From the NCBI RefSeq assembly GCF_000012805.1, contig NC_007484.1, positions 810,001 to 842,000 of the forward strand: a DNA stretch of 32,000 nt, in the 5' to 3' direction. The DNA is from Nitrosococcus oceani ATCC 19707 (GTDB taxonomy: Bacteria; Pseudomonadota; Gammaproteobacteria; Nitrosococcales; Nitrosococcaceae). The notes under the pieces are model-generated. The model ran no database searches. It saw only the letters and a program-made list of their open reading frames with translations, and was not told the DNA's origin. The first letter of the stretch is position 1, and each line of letters opens with the position of its first letter. The position numbers and the translations under genes were made by a program. This document shows, piece by piece, positions 18,393-25,306 of the stretch.

Positions 18393-20894
18393 TTGCGGGA
18401 ACAGAAAAAAAGCGGACAGCCCACATGGGCCTGGTGGATCATCCTTTTAGGGGCGGGTGTTCTGGTTGCTTGCGCGACTCAGCCATCTGGCTCCGGGTCG
18501 GCTAATGAGCCTTCCCCCGCTGCCATTTCTGCCTCGGAAGATGCTCCGTCTGTGGCCAAAAGCGCCAAGATCGAAGCAACGCCAGCCGCCGAAGAGGAAG
18601 AGGTGAAGCCGGAGAGTGATGAAGTCTATCCGGGAAGTAATCATTTCATTAACCGCGAGGCGGCGAGCAAGCCCCGGACTTTCCAGGTGCGGGAAGGTGC
18701 TATTCTCCTCAACTTTGAGAATACTGATATCCGCGAGGTGGTCAAAACCATACTGGGCGATATTTTGGAGGAAAATTACGTCATTGATAGAGCGGTGCAG
18801 GGAACGGTAACCGTCCAGACTGGCCGCCCTCTGCCCAAGGACGCCTTAATGCCGACTCTGGAAACGCTGCTGCGGCTAAACAATGCAGCCTTAATCCAGG
18901 CCGAGGGATTGAATAAAATAGTGCCCCTCAATCAGGCTGTTCAAGGCAACCTCTCGCCCCGCCTAAGCAGAGCGAAATCTACTGTGGGCTACGACGTGCG
19001 GATCATGCCCCTGGACTATATTGGGGCTGGAGAGATGGAGAAGATTCTTGAGCCTTTTGTCCCCAAAGATGGGTTAGTCCGGGTCGATCCCGCCCGGAAT
19101 TTGCTTATCCTGGCCGGCACGGCAAAAGAGTTGGACCAATGGCAGGAGACCATCGATATCTTTGATGTCAATTGGCTAGAGGGGATGTCCGTTGGTCTCT
19201 ATCGGCTAGAGTATACGGATGCCGAGCTGCTGGTAAATGAATTAAATATAGTGATGGGGCCCGAGGCAACAACCCCCTTGGCGGGTATGTTCCGTTTTAT
19301 ACCCATTGAACGTCTCAACGGGATTTTAGTGGTCACCTCCCAGTCCCAGTATCTGAAGGAAGCCAAAACCTGGATAGAGCGGCTGGACCAGGGAGAAGAT
19401 ACGGAGAGCGAACGGCTTTATGTCTATCCGGTTCAGCACGGCCGGGCGGATCATCTAGCGGCTTTGCTGCAATCCGCCTTTGGGCTGGAAGGCGGGGGTG
19501 GGATTTCCTCGGCCCGGGTGGCGCCGGGCCAGCAGGCAGTGGGATTGTTCTCATCTTCCCGGGGAGGCAGCGGGGGGTTTGGGTCATCCCGGGGTGGCGG
19601 CTTTGGCGGCGGGGGTTTCGGGTCATCCCGGGGTGGTGGGGGGTTTGGTGGCGGCACCCTGGGCTCATCACGGGGCGGCGTTGGTTCCTCCCAGATGGGC
19701 GGGTTGAGGGGATTCAAGGCGTCTCGGGGGGCAGCTCCTGACGCTTCTCAGGAGGAAGAGCTGCGGGCGTTTCAGGCGAGTACCGAAAACGCGACTGAAT
19801 CCCCCCAGGCATCTGGCTCCGCGGCCGGGGGTATTAAGTTTACGCTTCCTGGCGCTAAGGATGATGAGGATAAGAAACCCGAGGTGCGGGTTATCCCCGA
19901 CGTGGAAAATAATACCTTACTGATTTCCGCCCCTCCGCCTGTTTACGAAAAAATACTGGTAGCCCTCCATCAGTTGGATATTCCTCCCCGCCAGGTGCTA
20001 GTGGAGGCTACCATTGCAGAAGTGACCCTCACGGATGATCTGCAATATGGGGTCCGCTGGTTTTTCGAGAACACGGGAGTTAAGGACTACCTTGGCAGGG
20101 GTGCTTTGACAGCAGCGATCCCGGGAACGTCAACCTTTACCTATGGGTTGTTCGATGCTGCGGGCGCGGCGCGTATTGTGCTCGATACTTTGTCTAGTCA
20201 AACCAAGGTAAAGGTGCTCTCCTCGCCCCAATTGCTGGTTCTGGATAACCAAACGGCGGAAATACGAGTAGGGGACCAGATCCCTATACAAACAGGTTCA
20301 ACCATTGGTATAGGAGGTAATTCAACCACCCGAATACAGTTCCGGGATACGGGCGTATTGCTGACCGTTACCCCCCGGGTTAATGCGGGTGGCCGGGTCA
20401 CCATGGAACTTACCCAGGAAGTGACCGATGTGGGGGGTACTAAGTTGCCTACCAGCGCCGCTCCCTCGGGCGACGGCGATGATGATAATAATAATCAAAC
20501 GGTAGGCAACAATCCGACTTTCTTGCAACGAAGTTTCCGGAGTGTGGTGACGGTGCAAAGCGGCGATACTATTGTGCTGGGGGGCTTGATCCGGGACAAT
20601 GAGCGGTTTTCTGACAGCGGCTTGCCATTTCTTCATAAATTGCCCCTCATCGGCCCTCTTTTCGGCGCTACGGCAAAAAGCAAGTCGCGCACCGAGCTGA
20701 TTGTGTTGATGACTCCCCGGGTGGTACGTAATCAATACGAAGCCCGCCTGGTGACCGAGGAGTTCCGCGAGAAGCTGAGGAATGCCTCGGACGTGGCGGA
20801 GGAAATGGGAGGGATCGCCCCTATAGCTATTCCCCGAAAGGAAAATAAGGAAAAACCGTCGCCTTCTGCCGACAAAAATGACGTGAAACCTTGA
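18393..20894 (+). CDS. gspD: Type II secretion secretin GspD with lipoprotein signal peptide and a Gly-rich insert
   Basis: The N0 domain is FENTDIREVVKTILGDILEENYVIDRAVQGTVTV. N1-N3 repeats follow. The secretin domain is VIPDVENNTLLISA...VLVEATIAEVTL...VLSSPQLLVLDNQTAEIRVGDQIP...GGLI...LPFLHKLPLIGPLFG. The TTG start has GGGGGA upstream. Confidence 0.9.
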   Translation: MREQKKSGQPTWAWWIILLGAGVLVACATQPSGSGSANEPSPAAISASEDAPSVAKSAKIEATPAAEEEEVKPESDEVYPGSNHFINREAASKPRTFQVREGAILLNFENTDIREVVKTILGDILEENYVIDRAVQGTVTVQTGRPLPKDALMPTLETLLRLNNAALIQAEGLNKIVPLNQAVQGNLSPRLSRAKSTVGYDVRIMPLDYIGAGEMEKILEPFVPKDGLVRVDPARNLLILAGTAKELDQWQETIDIFDVNWLEGMSVGLYRLEYTDAELLVNELNIVMGPEATTPLAGMFRFIPIERLNGILVVTSQSQYLKEAKTWIERLDQGEDTESERLYVYPVQHGRADHLAALLQSAFGLEGGGGISSARVAPGQQAVGLFSSSRGGSGGFGSSRGGGFGGGGFGSSRGGGGFGGGTLGSSRGGVGSSQMGGLRGFKASRGAAPDASQEEELRAFQASTENATESPQASGSAAGGIKFTLPGAKDDEDKKPEVRVIPDVENNTLLISAPPPVYEKILVALHQLDIPPRQVLVEATIAEVTLTDDLQYGVRWFFENTGVKDYLGRGALTAAIPGTSTFTYGLFDAAGAARIVLDTLSSQTKVKVLSSPQLLVLDNQTAEIRVGDQIPIQTGSTIGIGGNSTTRIQFRDTGVLLTVTPRVNAGGRVTMELTQEVTDVGGTKLPTSAAPSGDGDDDNNNQTVGNNPTFLQRSFRSVVTVQSGDTIVLGGLIRDNERFSDSGLPFLHKLPLIGPLFGATAKSKSRTELIVLMTPRVVRNQYEARLVTEEFREKLRNASDVAEEMGGIAPIAIPRKENKEKPSPSADKNDVKP
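19551..19690 (+). repeat. Imperfect tandem coding repeat (SSRGG-Gly/Phe units) inside gspD
   Basis: Units are TCTTCCCGGGGAGG (19554), TCATCCCGGGGTGG (19584 and 19623, identical 14-mers) and TCATCACGGGGCGG (19666), spaced 30-43 nt apart. They encode SSRGGSGGFG / SSRGGGFGGGGFG / SSRGGGGFGGGTLG / SSRGGVG. Confidence 0.8.
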
Positions 20895-20962
20895 TTTTTC
20901 TTTGCGGAAAAAAACTGAAGGGGTGATAATGATCACCCATCTGACAGACAGGCAGGATTGCA

Positions 20963-21526
20963 ATGCAGGTTCATAAACGACATGCTTTTACCGCTTGGGA
21001 GTACCATCAGATGGCTGCGGTCGGTATCCTCCGGGAAGACGACCGGGTAGAATTGTGGGATGGGGAAATTCTGGAGATGAGTCCTATTGGGAGCCGTCAT
21101 GCGGCCACGGTGGATCGCCTTACGGCTTGGCTGAGTCGGGAACTGGGAGGGCGGGCGATTGTCCGGGTCCAAAGCCCCATAGGGCTTTCCCGCTATTCGG
21201 AACCCCAGCCCGATTTGGTTCTGCTCAAGCCACGCCCGGATTTCTACGCCAGCGCCCATCCGGGTCCGGGAGATGTGTGGCTGCTCTTGGAAGTGGCGGA
21301 AAGCTCCCTAGAGTATGATCGGGATTTCAAGTTGCCCCGCTATGCCGAAGCCGGTATTGTAGAGAGTTGGATCGTGGATCTTCCAGGGCAGCGGCTTTGG
21401 GTTTACCAACAGCCTGTGGGAAGAAATTATCAATCTATGCGGGAATATGAACCTAGCGATAGCCTTAGTCCCCAGGCGTTTCCTTCGGCTTCCTTGGCCC
21501 TTCGAGAGATCTTGGAATGTGGCTGA
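20963..21526 (+). CDS. Uma2-family (DUF820) putative endonuclease
   Basis: VELWDGEILEMSPIGSRHAATV...PQPDLVLL...WLLLEVAESSLEYDRDFKLPRYAEAGIVESWIVDL follows the Uma2 PD-(D/E)xK-like pattern. Confidence 0.8.
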   Translation: MQVHKRHAFTAWEYHQMAAVGILREDDRVELWDGEILEMSPIGSRHAATVDRLTAWLSRELGGRAIVRVQSPIGLSRYSEPQPDLVLLKPRPDFYASAHPGPGDVWLLLEVAESSLEYDRDFKLPRYAEAGIVESWIVDLPGQRLWVYQQPVGRNYQSMREYEPSDSLSPQAFPSASLALREILECG

Positions 21527-21765
21527 GTGGGGAGGAATGTAAATGGCATGAATAGTGCTTATTAATTATCTGGTAGCCATCAATCATTTGATTTTGTTGT
21601 TCTAGTGCAACATTTTGTGTTTTTTGTTTCATTTTAACAAAAAAAGCTTACAATTGAGTATTGAAGTTGCTTGCTAAGGGAGTTATCCTCTGCTAGGCGA
21701 AAGTTAGCGTTCAGGATAAAAAGTGACTTCTAACTCTTTGGAATTAAACATAGATGTTGAATGAC

Positions 21766-22025
21766 TCCCTCGCAATTGTGCGAAGTGAAACGGCGCATCA
21801 AGCGCGAGGGCCAAGATTGTTTGCGTTTCGCCATGAATTCGCGCTAGCATGCGCTTGTTCACGGAACCTAGGGTGGGGAGCACCCGAAGTGAAAGCGCGA
21901 GGAGCAGCAAACCAACGGAGGCCAAGGAAACCCCTTCGCCGACGGCTGCGAGGAACCGCGAATTCTCCAGGCGGATGAAGTTTTGTAGGCACAAAACTGC
22001 TACCAGTCATGGCGAAACTCCAAGT
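21766..22025. repeat. Unclassified structured non-coding repeat element, copy B
   Basis: Internal direct repeats are CGAAGTGAAA (21781 and 21885), GCGCGAGG (21802 and 21895) and GGCCAAG (21809 and 21920). A split inverted repeat pairs GTTTCGCCATGAATTCGCG (21825-21843) with CGCGAATTC (21957-21965) plus CATGGCGAAAC (22008-22018). A hairpin GTTTTGT-AGGC-ACAAAAC lies at 21980-21997. The 3' 137 nt are homologous to 8170-8307. Confidence 0.5.
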
Positions 22026-22036
22026 ATCCAAGTTAG

Positions 22037-22525
22037 ATGATAAAAGGAAAAACTACAATAACAGAGGGAGCGTTTAAGTTCTTGCAAGTTTTATTTTATT
22101 GGACTGGCGGATTTTCCCGCTCCAGTCGAAATACCGGGTTAACGCTGTTTTTTCTTACGTGGGTGATCGCCGGATTAGGTGGTTGTAGTTCACCTCCCCC
22201 TGAAGAGGTGGTAGGGCAGCGGGCCGTTGAACGCTGGCAGGCCCTTGCCCAGAGGGATATGGAGAAAGCCTATAGTTATCTGAGTCCGGGGTACCGAGCG
22301 GTGAACTCGCTGGAACTTTACCAGGCCCGTATCGGCGATAAGGTCCAATGGAAGGGAGCCACGGTGAAGAAGATTGCCTGCGCTGATAACACCTGTGATG
22401 TCACGCTTACCCTCCGCTACCGCTATGCCACCCCGCCCACGGGTAGTCACTACGAAGGAGAAAGACCCATTAAGGAAAAATGGACCCAGACGGAAGATCA
22501 GTGGTGGCTGCTGCCAGAAGATTAA
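22037..22525 (+). CDS. Hypothetical lipoprotein (small, possibly NTF2-like fold)
   Basis: The lipobox is VIAGLGGC-SS. The start is uncertain: ATG at 22037 gives an over-long leader, and an in-frame TTG about 45 nt downstream with GGGAG upstream is an alternative. Confidence 0.6.
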   Translation: MIKGKTTITEGAFKFLQVLFYWTGGFSRSSRNTGLTLFFLTWVIAGLGGCSSPPPEEVVGQRAVERWQALAQRDMEKAYSYLSPGYRAVNSLELYQARIGDKVQWKGATVKKIACADNTCDVTLTLRYRYATPPTGSHYEGERPIKEKWTQTEDQWWLLPED

Positions 22526-22671
22526 ATCAAAGGCTGCAGGGTTTTATTGATTTTATGGGGAGAATTTTGAAAAATCAATTGCTTTAGGCAAAGTATTAAG
22601 CTAATTTCTTAAGTTCCGATATCAGTCCTGTTCGGTGCTATTTGACACTAAATATAGAAAAGGAGAATGCG

Positions 22672-23509
22672 ATGAGAAAAACGAAATTGGCCACGGCCGT
22701 TTCGCTGGCAATTGCCGGTTCCGCCGGTATGCTGAACACCGCCCAGGCGGTGAATGTCAACCCCGATGGCTTGGGAGAAGTGTTGCTTTTTTGACCCTGA
22801 TTTTGGTTTCCCTTTCCACACTGATCCAGGAACCTTACTGCCCGGTCTTCAAACTGCGGATACCGTTAGCACTGTTTTTGTGTCCCAGCAGGGGGCCACC
22901 AATGTACCCACGGTAGTAAACTCAACTTGGGTTAATGGGCTTGATGCCACCAGTTCAGTGCTGATGCATAATGCGGTCATGAACTATTTTGTGACCAATG
23001 AGTCCATTGGCGCGGGCACCGACTGGGTCATCACCTTCCCCACCAAGCGTTTCCATATCCAGACTGCAATCCCTACCCCTCCGTTTACCGAAACTTTCAC
23101 GGCGGATGGCGCCTGTGAGCCGGTGGGGCTGGCCATTTGGAACCGGGAAGAGCGAGCCCAGACAGGGGGGCTGGACTTTTCGCCCCAGCCGCCGGGAGGC
23201 AATGCCCTGTGCTGGGAAACTAATGTCATTACCTTTAACAATAGTAGTGTCTTGGGTTCCGCGTTAGAGTTGAATGTGGATACCTCCTCGGTGGGACCTG
23301 ATGGTTGGATGCGACTTTCCTTTGTTAATAGTATTGATGATGACCATCAACTAGCCAGCCTTGAAGGCAATACCTTTTTCGGCTTGCCGGCGATTGGCTT
23401 CGCCACCCAGGAATATGTTAATGGGGTGGATCAGGCGGGTGTGCTGATTAACTATGGGGGTATGTTTGACCATGCCTTTAGCCGGCAGATTTCAGGCTCG
23501 GGAACTTAA
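22672..23509 (+). pseudogene. Exported hypothetical protein split by a +1 frame change at a T6 run; either a pseudogene, a sequencing error or a recoding site
   Basis: AAGGAGA lies 5 nt upstream of ATG 22672. The signal peptide is MRKTKLATAVSLAIAGSAGMLNTAQA. Frame 1 stops at TGA 22792-22794 immediately after T6 (22787-22792). The +1 frame continues for 238 more codons to 23509. Confidence 0.6.
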
Positions 23510-23551
23510 TCCTAGCAGCCTAGCTGCGTTTTTGTTGCTGTTTTAACGAAA

Positions 23552-23586
23552 AATGGGCGGGCCGGTCAGGTCCGCCCATTTTTTTA
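23552..23586 (+). terminator. Rho-independent terminator
   Basis: AATGGGCGG, an 11-nt loop, then CCGCCCATT form a perfect 9-bp stem followed by a T7 run. Confidence 0.8.
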
Positions 23587-23795
23587 TGGAGTCTTGGGTC
23601 ATGAAAAGTGAGAGATTGGCTAGGGTTTTCGCCTTAAGGAAATGCTACCATAGCCGCTAACCTGGGCTAGTAGGAGATCACCATGCCGGTCCCATGGTTC
23701 ATATGGGATGATAAAATCATCCGGCAAGAGATGTACGGTTTTTGAGACAATGAGGGCGATAAATTGAGATTGCCCGTTATCATGGAGATGATAAG

Positions 23796-24422
23796 ATGAA
23801 AAGTCGCTATTTTTTAGCTCTGGCGGCCTTGGTAGCGGCCCAGAGCAGCAGTGGGTTTACCGTGATTCTGGATGGGGACGAATACCGAGGCGTCAATAAT
23901 ATTGAAATTGTGGCGGATGAATCTTCCCCGACCCCACCAACTCCACCCACAGAGCCGGTTGATCCGCCTTTCACCCCGGACCCGGACCCTAATACGCCGC
24001 CTGTTCCCAATGACTGTCCCGTTCCTGCGGGATTAACGGTGTTGGAGGAAAACATACCTAAAGTCCTTACTACTTTTAAAATCAGACGGAATCAAGCTGT
24101 TGCCCTGGCTTTTGATGAGCAGCATTTCCGTCACGGCCGGGGACAGATACAGTTTACAGAGAATACTCAAGGCCCTAGTCCTGTTAAATGGGCGGTAATT
24201 AGCAGTTGTCCAGGGGACTTTACGGTGGTACCGGGTTGTAGTAAGGAAGCCTTGACTGATCGGATTTTGGTGGATTTCACCGGGCGGTTCAAGGGGAATC
24301 CCAAGGTTTGCAGCCTGGAGCCAGGCGAAACCTATTATTTCAATATCCGCCATTTTGATATGACAATTGGGCGAGATTCTTGCCCGAAGGGTAAGACCTG
24401 CGCCTTGTATGTCCGGCCCTAG
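23796..24422 (+). CDS. Exported hypothetical protein with a Pro-rich linker and six cysteines
   Basis: The signal peptide is MKSRYFLALAALVAAQSSSG. The Pro-rich stretch is PTPPTPPTEPVDPPFTPDPDPNTPPVPND. It is followed by a roughly 130-aa domain with 6 Cys. I do not recognise the family. Confidence 0.7.
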   Translation: MKSRYFLALAALVAAQSSSGFTVILDGDEYRGVNNIEIVADESSPTPPTPPTEPVDPPFTPDPDPNTPPVPNDCPVPAGLTVLEENIPKVLTTFKIRRNQAVALAFDEQHFRHGRGQIQFTENTQGPSPVKWAVISSCPGDFTVVPGCSKEALTDRILVDFTGRFKGNPKVCSLEPGETYYFNIRHFDMTIGRDSCPKGKTCALYVRP

Positions 24423-24483
24423 TCTCTGGAAAAAACGGGGTAAGTAGAGAGTTTCTTTCACTCCTTGTCCCTGTTGTCAACAA

Positions 24484-24514
24484 CCTGCCCCAAGTATTTG
24501 GGGCAGGTTTTTTT
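24484..24514 (+). terminator. Rho-independent terminator
   Basis: CCTGCCCC-AAGTATTT-GGGGCAGG is followed by a T7 run. Confidence 0.8.
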
Positions 24515-24535
24515 ATGCACAAGTTTTTTAGAGCC

Positions 24536-24614
24536 GTAGGGCGGGAAAGCGGAGCGCATCCCGCCATGAATAGAATTTGATTTCGGCGGGATGCGCTGCG
24601 CTTTCCCGCCCTAC
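24536..24614. repeat. Intact REP doublet (REPIN)
   Basis: GTAGGGCGGGAAAGCGGAGCGCATCCCGCC (24536-24565), a 19-nt spacer, then GGCGGGATGCGCTGCGCTTTCCCGCCCTAC (24585-24614). The arms are reverse complements apart from one base. Confidence 0.9.
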
Positions 24615-24734
24615 AACGCTTTCTCTACCGACTATAGCAGGTTAAAATATAAATAATTCCAGGCTGGCAGAGGAAGAAGTCCTATTCCAGTCCTTGATAA
24701 CTATTTTCCTCTGATATTCCCACGGCGGTTTATT

Positions 24735-25178
24735 ATGACTCACCCTAACGAAGACTATTACGCTTGGACGCAAGAGACCATCGAGAAGCTACGCCAAGGG
24801 AGATTGAATGAAGTGAACACGGAGGTTTTGATTGAGGAACTGGAGGACATGGGCAGAAGCGAGCGTAGGGGGATTGAAAGCCGTTTAAGTGTGCTGCTAA
24901 TGCACCTGCTCAAGTGGCGGTATCAGCCGGATAGGCGAGGCCATAGTGGGCGGGCAACGATTAAAGAGCAGCGGTTACGGGTAACACGCCTCTTGAAAGA
25001 TAATCCAAGCCTTCAGTCTCAATTCTCAACAATCAACGCGGAAGCTTATGAAAGCGCCGTGCTTAGAGCAGTAGCAGAAACCAATAAGCCTGAAACCACC
25101 TTCCCTAGCACCTTCGAGCAAACAGGCTGGCCCTTGGAACAAGTGCTAGACAGGGATTTTTATCCCAATAATGTTTAG
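24735..25178 (+). CDS. DUF29-family protein
   Basis: DYYAWTQETIEKLRQGRLNEVNTEVLIEELEDMGRSERRGIESRLSVLLMHLLKWRYQP...TIKEQRLRV..LLKDNPSL matches the DUF29 pattern. Confidence 0.8.
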   Translation: MTHPNEDYYAWTQETIEKLRQGRLNEVNTEVLIEELEDMGRSERRGIESRLSVLLMHLLKWRYQPDRRGHSGRATIKEQRLRVTRLLKDNPSLQSQFSTINAEAYESAVLRAVAETNKPETTFPSTFEQTGWPLEQVLDRDFYPNNV

Positions 25179-25204
25179 CTAAAAATCTCTGAGCAATAAA
25201 GTGA

Positions 25205-25234
25205 GTAGGGCGGGAAAGCGTAGCGCATCCCGCC
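25205..25234 (+). repeat. Single REP
   Basis: The sequence is GTAGGGCGGGAAAGCGTAGCGCATCCCGCC. Confidence 0.85.
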
Positions 25235-25306
25235 ATGAAGGGCTGCCACTTGGGTTTAGCAGTAAAATGAGGCATTATGAAATTGAATAAAAGCTAACAA
25301 CCAAGG

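Noticed and set aside
19451-19717. A Pro-rich 88-aa minus-strand ORF (PPPNPPPPRDDPKPPPP...)
   Set aside because: It is the reverse-complement reading of the Gly-rich GGN repeat of gspD, so it is an artefact of strand symmetry.
20921-20938. A perfect hairpin GGGTGAT-AATG-ATCACCC between gspD and the Uma2 gene. Its GGGTGATAATG 11-mer recurs at 25305.
   Set aside because: No T-run follows on the plus strand. The T-run lies on the minus strand, where there is no upstream gene to terminate. The 11-mer recurrence overlaps a start region and may be chance.
20322-20963. A 213-aa minus-strand ORF antisense to the 3' end of gspD
   Set aside because: It lies entirely within the well-supported secretin domain coding region. 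It has no recognisable motifs and is low-complexity (IIIIIIA mirrors the DDDNNN codons). It is most likely a shadow ORF.
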